The translations under genes were made by a program, and so were the position numbers. Shown piece after piece: positions 40,005 to 49,843 of a stretch of DNA of 64,000 bases. The stretch is from an uncultured Gemmatimonadales bacterium. Its GTDB lineage: Bacteria > Gemmatimonadota > Gemmatimonadetes > Palauibacterales > Palauibacteraceae. The stretch is from positions 64,001 through 128,000 of the forward strand of contig CAWANJ010000007.1 of NCBI GenBank assembly GCA_963783385.1. Direction: 5' to 3'. The notes below the pieces were generated by a model. That model saw only the letters and a program-made list of their open reading frames with translations, was not told where the DNA came from and did not search any database. Numbering within the stretch: position 1 is the stretch's first letter; the number at the start of each line of letters is the position of its first letter.

Positions 40005-40892
40005 GTGTCCGGAGGGGACCGGCCCCGAGAGCCCGAGTCCTGGCCGCCCGCCGGGCCCGGGCCCGACGCGCCCGGGCCCGACGGGCCCTCCGGAGAGTCG
40101 ATCCCCTACGAGGCCCTCGAGCAGGTGATCCGCCGGGCCGCCGAGCTGCAGTCGGCGACCGGGGAAGGCCGCACCGAGGTCCTGGCCACGGGCGAGATCA
40201 TCCGCATCGGCCGGGAAGTGGGGCTCGACGAGCGGCACGTGCGCCAGGCGCTGGCGGAGGTTCGGGCCGACGCCCTCCTGCCGGAGGCGCCACGGGATGC
40301 GGCCTTCGCCCGGCGGCTGTGGGGGGAGGCGTTCGTCCGCGGCAGCCGGCCCGTGCCCGGCACCCCCTCGGCCGTCCAGTCACGGGTGGAGACGCACTTC
40401 CGGGAGCGCGAGAGCCTCGCCGAGGTCCGACGCCGTCCGGGCCGCTCGTTGTGGCGGCCGGCCACGGGGCTGGCGAGCAAGGTCCAGCGCACCTTCGACC
40501 TGACCGGGAGGAGCTACGAGCTGGCCGACGTGAAGCAGGTCGAGCTGGCCGTCTCCCCGCTCGAGTCGGACTGGTCGCTGGCCACGGTCACGGCCGACGT
40601 GTCCAACTTTCGGGGCCGCTACATCGGCGGGTGGCTGGGGGGCACCGTGTCCGGCTACGGGGTGGTGGCGGTCGCCGCCTTCCTGTCCTTCGCCCTGCCG
40701 CCCCTCCTCCCCATCGCCGGGGCGGGAGCCGCCGTGGTCGGCACCACGGCGTGGGGTGTGGGCTTCAGCATGAGGCGCCGGAAGTCCCGCATCGCGCTCG
40801 CCATCGAGGGGCTCCTGGACCGGCTCGAGCAGGGCGGGCCGCTCGAGCCCTCGCGTCCCAGCCTGCGCGACAAGATCCTGGGAAAGCTCTGA
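40005..40892 (+). CDS. Hypothetical membrane protein
   Basis: GTG 40005; N-terminal VIRRAAELQ...IGREVGL...VRQAL helical motif and two C-terminal TM segments. Confidence 0.75.
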   Translation: MSGGDRPREPESWPPAGPGPDAPGPDGPSGESIPYEALEQVIRRAAELQSATGEGRTEVLATGEIIRIGREVGLDERHVRQALAEVRADALLPEAPRDAAFARRLWGEAFVRGSRPVPGTPSAVQSRVETHFRERESLAEVRRRPGRSLWRPATGLASKVQRTFDLTGRSYELADVKQVELAVSPLESDWSLATVTADVSNFRGRYIGGWLGGTVSGYGVVAVAAFLSFALPPLLPIAGAGAAVVGTTAWGVGFSMRRRKSRIALAIEGLLDRLEQGGPLEPSRPSLRDKILGKL

Positions 40893-41053
40893 GCGCGCCG
40901 CGCGGGGGACACCCGCGGGCGTCCCCCGGCTGGCGCGCGCCCCCGACCGGCACGTAGCCTGCATCCCCTCGGACCCGGTCCTGTCGGGCCCAATCTCCGC
41001 GCCGGGGCGCCGCCCGGGCCGGATCCTCGCAGACCTGCGAAAGGAGCGATCAC

Positions 41054-41944
41054 GTGGCGTCGATACAGAAGGTCGGTGTGCTCGGCTGCGGTCTCATGGG
41101 CAGCGGCATCGCCCAGGTGAGCGCCCAGGCGGGCTTCGACACCGTGGTGAGGGAGGTCGACCAGGACGCCCTCGACCGGGGCCTGGCCGCCATCCGGAAG
41201 AACCTGGACCGAGCCGTCAAGAAGGAGAGGATGACCGGTGACCAGCGCGACGAGGTGCTGGGCCGCATCCACGGCACCGTGGACTTCGGCCCCCTGGGCG
41301 ACCGGGACATCGTCGTCGAGGCGGTGGTCGAGGACCTGTCGGTGAAGGAGCAGGTGTTCGGCAAGCTGGACGAGCTGTGCGGCGCCGACACGATCTTCGC
41401 CTCGAACACTTCGAGCCTCACGATCACCGAGATGGCCTCGGTGACCGAGCGCCCCGACCGCTTCGTCGGGCTCCACTTCTTCAACCCCGTCCCGGTGATG
41501 GCGCTGGTCGAGGTCGTGCGGACCGGCTTCACCTCGGACGAGACGTTCGATTCGGCCTGGGCGTTCGCGAAGTCGGTCGGGAAGCAGCCGATCGCCTGCC
41601 GCGACAATTCGGGCTTCATCGTGAACCGGCTCCTGGTGCCCTACATGCTCGACGCCATCAGGGCGTACGAGGAGGGGATCGGGTCCATCGAGGACATCGA
41701 CCAGGGCATGCGGCTCGGCTGCGGCTACCCAATGGGTCCCTTCGTCCTGGGCGACTTCGTCGGGCTCGACACGCTCTACAAGATCACCGAGATCATGTTC
41801 GACGAGTATCGCGAGACGCGCTTCGCGCCGCCGCCGCTTCTCAAGCGCATGGTCCTGGCGGGACACCACGGCCGGAAGACCGGCATCGGCTTCTACGACT
41901 ACAGCGGCGACGAGCCCGTGGTGAGCGACTTCGTGAAGCGCTGA
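41054..41944 (+). CDS. 3-hydroxybutyryl-CoA dehydrogenase
   Basis: GCGLMGSG, EAVVE, ASNTSSL, GLHFFNP, GFIVNRLL, YPMGPF; AAGGAG RBS. Confidence 0.95.
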   Translation: MASIQKVGVLGCGLMGSGIAQVSAQAGFDTVVREVDQDALDRGLAAIRKNLDRAVKKERMTGDQRDEVLGRIHGTVDFGPLGDRDIVVEAVVEDLSVKEQVFGKLDELCGADTIFASNTSSLTITEMASVTERPDRFVGLHFFNPVPVMALVEVVRTGFTSDETFDSAWAFAKSVGKQPIACRDNSGFIVNRLLVPYMLDAIRAYEEGIGSIEDIDQGMRLGCGYPMGPFVLGDFVGLDTLYKITEIMFDEYRETRFAPPPLLKRMVLAGHHGRKTGIGFYDYSGDEPVVSDFVKR

Positions 41945-41956
41945 GCGCGGACTCGC

Positions 41957-42862
41957 CTAGAAGGTGAGCCCCACCCCCAGGAAGCCGGGGGCGGCAATGA
42001 GGTGCGCCCGGAGACCGATCGGGTCTCCGGGCGCGCGTGCATCCCGGCGGTCGGGACCGGACCCGACGGAGCTCCCGGCGCCGCCGGCCGCGCCACGCGC
42101 CCCGTCGGCGGCCGCACCCGCGCCGTCGGTCCCTCCCGGCCCGCGAAGGAGCCGCAGCACCCGGCGGGTCGTGATGCGCGAGACGACGGTCCCAATGGCC
42201 GCGCCGACCACGATGTCCGACAGCCAGTGCTTGTCGTCGTACACGCGCGACAGGGCCGTGGCGCTCGCGATCGTGTAGCCGAGGGCGGCCGGCAGCCAGC
42301 CGTCGGTGGCCTCATCGATGGCTCCCGCCATGGCGAAGGTGTAGGCCGCGTGTCCGGAAGGGAACGAGGCGTGCCCGGACAGCGGCCGGAAGGAGAATTC
42401 GCCGCGCCCCCACAGGGGCCGCGCCCTCCCGACCAGCTCGTTCACGACCTCGTTGGCCGCAGAGCCGGCCGCGGCGCCCGCCAGCACCGCCGCGGCCGTC
42501 TCCAGCCCGCGGCCTCCACCCGTCACCCCGCCGACGGCCAGCGTGCCGCCCACGAACCACGGCAGGCTCTGGTGCCAGTTCCCGAACCACCGCGCCCGCC
42601 GGGCGAGCGCGTCGCCGGTCCTCCCCTGCACGTCCCGCGACAGGTCCCGGACCGGCTCGTCGAGGGCCACCAGGGCGCCGAGGGCGGCCGCGCCGCCGCC
42701 GATCCACACGAGGGTGGAGGGGCCGCCGTGCGAGGTAGCGACCCGCGAAGTGTCCGCCGCGACGGGACGCCGTATCGAGGTCGCCGAGGCCGGCGCGAGG
42801 CCGGCGGACAACAGCAACAGCGCGGCCGCGAGGCCGCCCGACGTACCCGTTCGGCGGATCAT
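41957..42862 (-). CDS. PAP2 family phosphatase
   Basis: GRARP, SFPSGH, SRVYDDKHWLSD. Confidence 0.88.
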   Translation of the reverse strand: MIRRTGTSGGLAAALLLLSAGLAPASATSIRRPVAADTSRVATSHGGPSTLVWIGGGAAALGALVALDEPVRDLSRDVQGRTGDALARRARWFGNWHQSLPWFVGGTLAVGGVTGGGRGLETAAAVLAGAAAGSAANEVVNELVGRARPLWGRGEFSFRPLSGHASFPSGHAAYTFAMAGAIDEATDGWLPAALGYTIASATALSRVYDDKHWLSDIVVGAAIGTVVSRITTRRVLRLLRGPGGTDGAGAAADGARGAAGGAGSSVGSGPDRRDARAPGDPIGLRAHLIAAPGFLGVGLTF

Positions 42863-43035
42863 GGGCGCCGAATGTGGGATGGTGGGCGAGGGAGGATCAG
42901 AATGCAGCGGAGCACGAGGGTGGGTCCGGGCCCTCCGGCTCCCGCCCGCTCGCGCCTCCCGAGCGGCCCGGCCCGCCCGGCTACGGCCCCGGCGACCGGG
43001 TGCCCGTGCGCGTCCGCGCCGATCCGACTTTTTCG

Positions 43036-43065
43036 TTGCAACCGCGCGGGTTTCCGGGTTATGTT
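43036..43065 (+). promoter_or_regulatory. Putative sigma70 promoter of recF-dciA-gyrB
   Basis: TTGCAA-18 bp-TATGTT, preceded by a T-tract, upstream of GAGGAG and ATG 43108. Confidence 0.5.
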
Positions 43066-43107
43066 GGTGGGATTCGACGGGAGGCGTACACAGGCCGCCG
43101 AGGAGCA

Positions 43108-44298
43108 ATGCCACACAGCGCATCCGCGCACCCTCTGCCGAAGGCGAGCGGTCCGGAGCTGGCGACCGGAGCGGTCCGGCTCGGACGGGTCCGTCTGCGG
43201 GACTTCCGGAACTTCGAGCGGCTGGAGTGCGAGCTCCCCGCCGAGGGGGTGATGATCCTCGGGCCCAACGGCGCCGGGAAGACCAACCTGCTCGAAGCGG
43301 TGTATTATCTGGAGGTGTTTCGCTCCTTCCGCGGTGCTTCGGACCGGGAGCTGGTGCGCTTCGGCCAGGAGGTGTTCCGGGTCGAGGCGACGGTGGAGGG
43401 ACCGCGGGGCGAGCGCACGATCGCGGCGGCCTACAGCGCGGCCGAGCGGCGCAAGCAAGTCGAGGTGGACCGCCGGGAGGTCTCGCGTCTGTCGGACGCT
43501 ATCGGGGGGCTGGGGGCGGTGGTGTTCAGCCTCGACGACGTGGAGATCGTGCGGGGCTCGCCGTCGGGGCGGCGGCGCTTCCTGGATATCCTCCTGTCGC
43601 TGGTGGAGCCCGGGTACGTGGACGCCCTGGGCAAGTACAGGTCGGTGCTGTCGCAGCGCAACGAGGCGCTCAAGGGAGGCGCCGACCGGGCGGAGCTCGA
43701 GGCGTGGTCGGCCGGCCTGGTCGAGGTCGGGGCCCGGGTGATGGAAGCCCGGGCGCGCTGGGTGGCCGGCCGGGCGGCGGCGTTCGATCGCTACCACGCG
43801 CGCATCGCGGGCGGATCGCGCGGCGTGCTCGGGTACCGGCCGTCGGTGGGGATGCCGGAGGGCGCGAGCCCGCCCTCCGGCGCCGCCTGGGCGGAGGCGT
43901 TTCGGGAGGCGCTGGAGCGTGCGCGCGGGCGGGAGCGCCGCCGCGGCGTGACCGTCGTCGGACCGCACCGCGACGAGCTCGCGTTCACGGCGCAGGTGGG
44001 CGGAGAGGAGGAGCGCGACCTGAGGACGTACGGATCGGGCGGACAGCAGCGCACGGCGGCGCTGGCCCTGCGGCTGGCCGAGGCGGACACGCTTCGCGAG
44101 CGGCTCGGGCGCGAGCCGGTCTACCTGCTCGACGACGTGTTCGCCGAGCTCGACCGCGAGCGCTCCGGCCGGCTGCTCCAGCTGCTGGAGGAGGGACGCT
44201 CGGGCCAGGTGGTGCTCACGGCTCCCAAGCCGGCGGAGGTCGAGCTCCGCGGCGGGCTCCAGGTGTGGCGGCTCCGGGACGGGAAGCTGGAGTGTTGA
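43108..44298 (+). CDS. recF: DNA replication/repair protein RecF
   Basis: DFRNF, GPNGAGKTNLLEA, RRRFLD, GPHRDEL, GSGGQQR, LLDDVFAELD. Confidence 0.96.
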   Translation: MPHSASAHPLPKASGPELATGAVRLGRVRLRDFRNFERLECELPAEGVMILGPNGAGKTNLLEAVYYLEVFRSFRGASDRELVRFGQEVFRVEATVEGPRGERTIAAAYSAAERRKQVEVDRREVSRLSDAIGGLGAVVFSLDDVEIVRGSPSGRRRFLDILLSLVEPGYVDALGKYRSVLSQRNEALKGGADRAELEAWSAGLVEVGARVMEARARWVAGRAAAFDRYHARIAGGSRGVLGYRPSVGMPEGASPPSGAAWAEAFREALERARGRERRRGVTVVGPHRDELAFTAQVGGEEERDLRTYGSGGQQRTAALALRLAEADTLRERLGREPVYLLDDVFAELDRERSGRLLQLLEEGRSGQVVLTAPKPAEVELRGGLQVWRLRDGKLEC

Positions 44299-44756
44299 CG
44301 GGCGACCCGGCACCGGGGCCGGCCGAGGCGCGTGACCGGCCGGGCTCCTACGACGACCGGTCGGGTCCGCGGCGCCCCCGGCGGCACCGCCGCCGGAAGA
44401 CCGACGCCGCACGACGGCAGGCGCCCGAGCCGATCGGCGGGGTGGTGGGCTCCGTGCTGGAGCGCTGCGGCGTGCGCGACGAGGTCGAACGGGCCACGAC
44501 GGCCTCGCGCTGGGACGAGATCGTCGGGCCGCACATCGCGCGGGTCACGCATCGGCCGCGCGTGTCGGGGACCACGCTGTTCGTGGAGGTGGATGGCGCC
44601 GCCTGGATGACGGAGCTGGCCATGATGCGCCGTGACCTCATGCGGCGCCTGAACGCGGGACGGGAATCGGGTCGGATCGAGAAGATCGTCTTCCTCCAGG
44701 CCGAGGGCCGGGAGGGAAGCGGCGGGGACAACGCGAGCACACGGGGACCAAGCTAA
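44292..44756 (+). CDS. dciA: DUF721 / DciA family protein
   Basis: PEPIG, WDEIVGPHIA, TLFVEV..AAWMTEL; lies between recF and gyrB. Start 44292 or 44295. Confidence 0.85.
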   Translation: MLTGDPAPGPAEARDRPGSYDDRSGPRRPRRHRRRKTDAARRQAPEPIGGVVGSVLERCGVRDEVERATTASRWDEIVGPHIARVTHRPRVSGTTLFVEVDGAAWMTELAMMRRDLMRRLNAGRESGRIEKIVFLQAEGREGSGGDNASTRGPS

Positions 44757-46733
44757 ATGGCGAAGACGAAGACGACGAAGACGGAAGAAGAGCTCCGGAA
44801 GAAGGTCCGCAAGAAGGTCGAGGCGGGCGACTACACGTCGCGCCAGATCCAGGTGCTCAAGGGGCTCGAGGCCGTCCGGAAGCGGCCGGGCATGTACATC
44901 GGCTCCACGGCGGCCCGGGGTCTCCACCACCTGGTCTACGAGGTGGTGGACAACTCCGTGGACGAGGCCATGGCCGGGTACTGCACGCACATCGCGGTGG
45001 CGCTGCTCCCGGATGGATCCGTCACCGTCTCGGACGACGGCCGCGGCATCCCCGTCGACCTCCACCCGACCGAGAAGGTGCCGGGCGTCGAGCTGGCGCT
45101 CACCACCCTGCACGCCGGCGGCAAGTTCGACAAGCAGAGCTACAAGGTCTCGGGCGGGCTCCACGGGGTGGGCGTCTCGGTGGTCAACGCCCTGTCGGAG
45201 TGGCTGGAGGCGGAGGTGTGCCGCGACGGGTACATGTGGCGCCAGCACTTCCAGCGCGGCCTCAAGACCGACGACCTGGCCAGGGGCGAGAAGACGGACG
45301 AGACGGGGACGACGATCCGCTTCCGCCCCGATCCCGAGATCTTCACCGAGCTCCGCTTCAACTTCGACACCCTCGTCGGTCGGTTGCGCGAGCTCGCCTA
45401 TCTCAACAGGGGCACCCGCATCCTCATCACCGACGAGCGCGAGGAGGAGCCTCGCGTCGAGGACTTCCAATTCGACGGCGGCATCGTGCAGTTCGTCGAG
45501 TACCTGCGAGGCAAGAAGACGCCGCTCCACCCCGACGTGATCTACGTGGAGGGGACGCAGGAGGACGTGGAGGTGCAGCTGGGCATGCAGTACACGGACA
45601 GCTACAACGAGGACACCTTCACCTTCGTCAACAACATCAACACCCACGAGGGCGGCACCCACCTCACGGGCTTCAAGGCGGCGCTCACGCGCACGATCAA
45701 CAGCTACGCCGAGAAGAACAACCTACTCAAGAAGGGCGATCCGGGCCTGTCGGGCGACGACGTGCGTGAGGGGCTCACCGCCGTTCTCTCGGTCAAGGTC
45801 CTCGAGCCCCAGTTCGAGGGGCAGACCAAGACCAAGCTCGGCAACAGCGAGGTGCGCGGCATCGTGGAGAGCCTGGTGAACGACAAGCTCTCGACGTGGC
45901 TGGAGGAGACCCCGTCGGCCGGCCGCTCGATCATCGAGAAGGCGGTGCAGTCGGCGCGGGCGCGCGAGGCGGCCCGCAAGGCGCGCGATCTCACCCGCAA
46001 GCGCTCGGCCCTCGAGACCGGGATCCTTCCCGGCAAGCTGGCCGACTGTTCGATCACCGACGCCGAGCTCTCCGAGATCTTCATCGTGGAGGGCGACTCG
46101 GCGGGAGGGAGCGCCAAGCAGGGCCGGAACAGGAACTTCCAGGCCATCCTGCCCCTGCGCGGGAAGATCCTGAACGTCGAGAAGGCACGGATCGACAAGA
46201 TCCTCTCCAACGAGGAGATCCGGGCCATGATCACCGCCATAGGGGCCGGGATCGGCGAGGAGTTCGATCTCGGGGAGACCCGGTACCACAAGATCATCCT
46301 CATGACCGACGCCGACGTGGACGGCGCCCACATCCGCACGCTTCTCCTCACCTTCTTCTTCCGGCAGATGAAGGAGTTGATCGAGGCGGGCTACATCTAC
46401 ATCGCCCAGCCGCCCCTGTACCGGGTGCACAAGGGGAAGCAGGAATTCTACTGCTATACGGAGGAGGAGCGGGAGGCGATCGTCGAGCGGTTCTCGGACG
46501 GGAAGGGCCGTGGAGGGATCGGCGTGCAGCGCTACAAGGGCCTCGGCGAGATGAACCCGGAGCAGCTCTGGGAGACGACCATGAACCCGGAGAAGCGCAC
46601 CCTCCTCCAGGTCACGATCGACGAGGCCACGGCGGCCTCGCGGCTGTTCGAGGACCTCATGGGCGAGGACGTGGACCCGCGACGGGAGTTCATCGAGAAG
46701 AACGCCCGTTACGTGAAGAACCTGGACGTGTGA
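44757..46733 (+). CDS. gyrB: DNA gyrase subunit B (short form without the E. coli-type insert)
   Basis: LEAVRKRPGMYIG, EVVDNSVDE, LHAGGKF, EGDSAGG, PLRGKILN, MTDADVDG, QRYKGLGEMNPEQLW. Confidence 0.98.
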   Translation: MAKTKTTKTEEELRKKVRKKVEAGDYTSRQIQVLKGLEAVRKRPGMYIGSTAARGLHHLVYEVVDNSVDEAMAGYCTHIAVALLPDGSVTVSDDGRGIPVDLHPTEKVPGVELALTTLHAGGKFDKQSYKVSGGLHGVGVSVVNALSEWLEAEVCRDGYMWRQHFQRGLKTDDLARGEKTDETGTTIRFRPDPEIFTELRFNFDTLVGRLRELAYLNRGTRILITDEREEEPRVEDFQFDGGIVQFVEYLRGKKTPLHPDVIYVEGTQEDVEVQLGMQYTDSYNEDTFTFVNNINTHEGGTHLTGFKAALTRTINSYAEKNNLLKKGDPGLSGDDVREGLTAVLSVKVLEPQFEGQTKTKLGNSEVRGIVESLVNDKLSTWLEETPSAGRSIIEKAVQSARAREAARKARDLTRKRSALETGILPGKLADCSITDAELSEIFIVEGDSAGGSAKQGRNRNFQAILPLRGKILNVEKARIDKILSNEEIRAMITAIGAGIGEEFDLGETRYHKIILMTDADVDGAHIRTLLLTFFFRQMKELIEAGYIYIAQPPLYRVHKGKQEFYCYTEEEREAIVERFSDGKGRGGIGVQRYKGLGEMNPEQLWETTMNPEKRTLLQVTIDEATAASRLFEDLMGEDVDPRREFIEKNARYVKNLDV

Positions 46734-46754
46734 GGCGGACCGGGGCGCTCCGGC

Positions 46755-47990
46755 TCAGCCGCCGTCGCGCTCCCGGATCACCACCGTCCCGGCGATGCGG
46801 TCCTGGATTCCCTGCCGGTTGGCGTCCCACAGGATCTGCAGAAAGCCCAGCAGCCCGGTGGCGAGCCCGGCGGCGTAGCCACCGAAGCGGCTGAAGGCGT
46901 TCCACCAGCCGATCTTCTCGCCCGACAGCCGGACCGTGCGGATGCCCATCAGCCGCTTGCCCGGGGTTCGGCCCCGCCAGTACACGGGGATGGCCGTGAA
47001 GTAGAGTCCCAGCCACCCGAAGCCGAAGCCGAGGTCGTTGGCTATCCCCTTGAGGAAGCCGATGATGCTCGGCTGCTTCCTGGCCTGCGCCAGCTGCTTC
47101 TGCAGGTCCTCGTTGGTGCTCCGGAGCTTCCGGATCCGCTCGCCCGCCACCGCGTCGGCCACCTGCTCCCGGCGGGCGGCGGCGGCAGCCGTGTCGCCGC
47201 CGCGGACCGCGTCGGCCCACGCCAGGAGAATGGAGTCCGCCGAGGCGAGCCGCAGGTTGGCCGCGGAGTCGAAGTGCGCCATCGCGTCGCCGATGATGGA
47301 GGCCCGGGTGGCGGAGTCCGCCTGGTCCTGGAGCACGCTCCGCAGGGCGTCGCGGATCTCGGCGCGAGAGGCTCCCCCCTGGGCGAGCCGGCCCGTGAAC
47401 CGGCGGGCCGCGTCCCGGGCCTGGTCGGGGGAGCTCGAGGCGGAGCGCAGGGCGAGCACGTCCCCCACGCCGCCCGCGATGTCGCCCAGTCCCAGGGAGC
47501 GGAGCGTGGTGACCGCCGCGGTGTCGCGGCCCGCCGTGACCACCCGCGGCCCACCGCGGCTCCCCCGGCTCGATCCCGTCCCGCCGCTGATCGCTTCCCA
47601 GCCCTGGGCCAGGGCCAGGAACAGGGCGAGGGCCGCCAGGCCCTTGAACGCCCGGCGCGAGAAGGCGCTCCTTCCATCCACCTCCCGGCTCTTCGCCATA
47701 CGCCAGAAGATCCACGCGAACATGAGGGAAAACAGGACGACGCTCAGGCTCCGGAGCACCGCCGTCAGGGTCCCCGCGGCGATCAGGTCCAGGAGCATGG
47801 CGAAGCCGCGCCGGGAGGGCGCGGCCAGGGGCGTCCCCAGGAGCTCCGGGGCGATCCTGAACGCGTGGGGCGTGACGATGTCGCGCGGATCGCGATGGGG
47901 CCGCGACTCTCCCGGGGCGCCGACGTGAGCGCGCGCGTGCCCTTCGCGCTCCCGGGCGTATCGGTCGTGGGGCGGCGGCTTCGGGGTCAG
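46755..47990 (-). CDS. RDD family membrane protein; start uncertain
   Basis: GRTPGKRLMGIR and QGIQDRIAGTVV; conserved-looking DPRDIVTPHAF...LAAPSRRGFA lies upstream of the first ATG (47798) in the same frame. Confidence 0.75.
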   Translation of the reverse strand: MTPKPPPHDRYAREREGHARAHVGAPGESRPHRDPRDIVTPHAFRIAPELLGTPLAAPSRRGFAMLLDLIAAGTLTAVLRSLSVVLFSLMFAWIFWRMAKSREVDGRSAFSRRAFKGLAALALFLALAQGWEAISGGTGSSRGSRGGPRVVTAGRDTAAVTTLRSLGLGDIAGGVGDVLALRSASSSPDQARDAARRFTGRLAQGGASRAEIRDALRSVLQDQADSATRASIIGDAMAHFDSAANLRLASADSILLAWADAVRGGDTAAAAARREQVADAVAGERIRKLRSTNEDLQKQLAQARKQPSIIGFLKGIANDLGFGFGWLGLYFTAIPVYWRGRTPGKRLMGIRTVRLSGEKIGWWNAFSRFGGYAAGLATGLLGFLQILWDANRQGIQDRIAGTVVIRERDGG

Positions 47991-48150
47991 CTCTGCCTCG
48001 CGGCTGTGGGTCCCGGCGAAACGGGTGAGGGCACCGCTGGCGGCGCCCGCTTTCGCCTCCTATTCTCTCGCCTCGGGAGGCCGCGGTAAAGGCCATCCCG
48101 GCCGCTCGCCAGCGCAGCCGCAGCCCCAGGGACGTAGCCCGAAGGAGCCG

Positions 48151-49182
48151 ATGGAGACACGCCGCCCGACCAGCCCCGCCGCCGAGGAGATCCTGGGCGG
48201 CTACTTCCCCGTCCTCGACCACGGGTTCGTCGCCCTCGTCGACTACATGGGCGGCGACGAGGACGTGGAGCGCGCCGCCCGGGTGAGCTACGGCTACGGG
48301 ACGCGGAAGCGGAGCGCCACGCGCGGCCTCATCCGCTACCTGCGCCGCCACCGCCACACCACGCCGAGCGAGATGGTGGAGCTCAAGTTCCACTGCTGCA
48401 TGCCCATCTTCGTGGCCCGCCAGTGGGTGCGGCACAGGACGGCCAACATCAACGAGTACAGTGGCCGCTACAGCCTCATCCCGCTCCTGTTCTACACGCC
48501 CGAGCACGGGGACTTCGCCCTGCAGAGCCACTCCAACCGCCAGGGACGCCGCTCCGAGAGCGCGGGCGAGGCATTCCACCGGGAGGCCGTCCGCCGCTGG
48601 GAGCGGGGCAGGGAGGAGGCGGCGGGGCTGTACGAGTGGCTGGTGGGCGAGGACGTCGCCCGCGAGCTGGCCCGCATCGACCTGCCGCTGTCGACCTACA
48701 CGCAGTGGTACTGGAAGATCGATCTGCACAACCTCCTGCACTTCCTCTCCCTGCGGGTGGACCCCCACGCGCAGAAGGAGATTCGGGCGTACGGCGAGGT
48801 CATGGCCGGGATGCTGAAGCGGGTGGCGCCCCTCTCCTACGAGGCCTGGATCGACTACCAGGTGGCCGGCACGGTCCTGTCGCGCGGGGAGCTCGAGGCC
48901 CTGCGCCGCCTGCTCGAGCCCGTCGGCGAGGAGGAGGGCATCCGGGTGCGGGCGGACGGGGATGGAGCGGGCGGGACCGATGGGGCTGCGGGCCGATCGG
49001 GACTCACGGGCGACCAGCTCCGGGAGCTGGGCCTGTCGGGCCGCGAGGTCCGGGAGCTGCTCGAGAAGCTCCGCCCCGCCGAGCGTCCCGACTTCGAGCT
49101 CGACCTGTCGGAGATGAAGTCGGCAGAGCACTTCGCCGCGATCATGGAGCGCGCGGTGCCGGGCGCGGACGTGGAGGGGTAG
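48151..49182 (+). CDS. thyX: FAD-dependent thymidylate synthase
   Basis: AARVSY, HTTPSE, RHRTANINEYSGRYS (RHRx7SxR), RELARIDLP, HAQKEIR; AAGGAG RBS. Confidence 0.97.
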   Translation: METRRPTSPAAEEILGGYFPVLDHGFVALVDYMGGDEDVERAARVSYGYGTRKRSATRGLIRYLRRHRHTTPSEMVELKFHCCMPIFVARQWVRHRTANINEYSGRYSLIPLLFYTPEHGDFALQSHSNRQGRRSESAGEAFHREAVRRWERGREEAAGLYEWLVGEDVARELARIDLPLSTYTQWYWKIDLHNLLHFLSLRVDPHAQKEIRAYGEVMAGMLKRVAPLSYEAWIDYQVAGTVLSRGELEALRRLLEPVGEEEGIRVRADGDGAGGTDGAAGRSGLTGDQLRELGLSGREVRELLEKLRPAERPDFELDLSEMKSAEHFAAIMERAVPGADVEG

Positions 49183-49377
49183 GGGGGCGCCGTACCCGTC
49201 CGAGCCTCCCCCCCGGCGAGGAGGGTGAGACCGCCCCGTGACGGCCTTCGCCCCAGGATCTCGCTATACGGGGTGAGCAACGGTCGTCCGCCGGTCCTCG
49301 ATCACCCGGTCTAGCCCCCGGGCTCTCACTCGGCGGGCCTCCGTCCCAGGGTCCATTCTCCAAGAGGAGCGCTTCCC

Positions 49378-49842
49378 ATGACCGAGTTCAGCCCGAACCG
49401 GCGCCGATTCGTGGAACGGTCGGCTTCGATCGTCGGTGGCCTGTCGATTGTCGGGCCCGCCGCTCTGGCTCGACCGGAGTCGCCTGGCGGCGCCGAGGCC
49501 GCCCACCCCCGGCGAGCCGATCTCGAGGCGCGCGTGATCGCCCGCGCCTGGAGGGACGAAAGGTATCGCTCGGCCCTCCTGCGGGACCCGCGGGGGGTCT
49601 TGAGTCAGGCGCTGCGGACGCAGATCCCATCCCGCCTCAAGATCCAGGTCCTTCAGGAGACCCCCGACCACGTCTATTTCGTGCTCCCGGCCGATCCCAC
49701 CGCCACGACGGACAAGGAGATCTCGTCCGGGGACATTGGCATCCTGGCCATGGGTGAGACGGTCAAGACGGCGTGCAAGATTCCATCCACCGTCATGGTG
49801 CCGACGTGGTTCCAGTCGATCGGCATGTATGGAGGTCGCTAG
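49378..49842 (+). CDS. NHLP-leader RiPP precursor with N-terminal twin-arginine-like signal
   Basis: AAGAGGAG RBS; NRRRFVE; NHLP signature DLEARVIARAWRDERYRSALLRDPRGVL...IQVLQETPDHVYFVLP; Ser/Thr/Cys-containing C-terminal core. Confidence 0.88.
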   Translation: MTEFSPNRRRFVERSASIVGGLSIVGPAALARPESPGGAEAAHPRRADLEARVIARAWRDERYRSALLRDPRGVLSQALRTQIPSRLKIQVLQETPDHVYFVLPADPTATTDKEISSGDIGILAMGETVKTACKIPSTVMVPTWFQSIGMYGGR

Positions 49843-49843
49843 C

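Noticed and set aside
43066-43085. GGATTCGACGGG resembling a tmRNA 5' segment
   Set aside because: No matching acceptor stem, T-arm or tag ORF; lies in the short recF leader.
49378-49842. Nitrile hydratase alpha subunit
   Set aside because: Lacks the CxxCSC metal motif and a beta subunit; sits next to a LanM-type enzyme.
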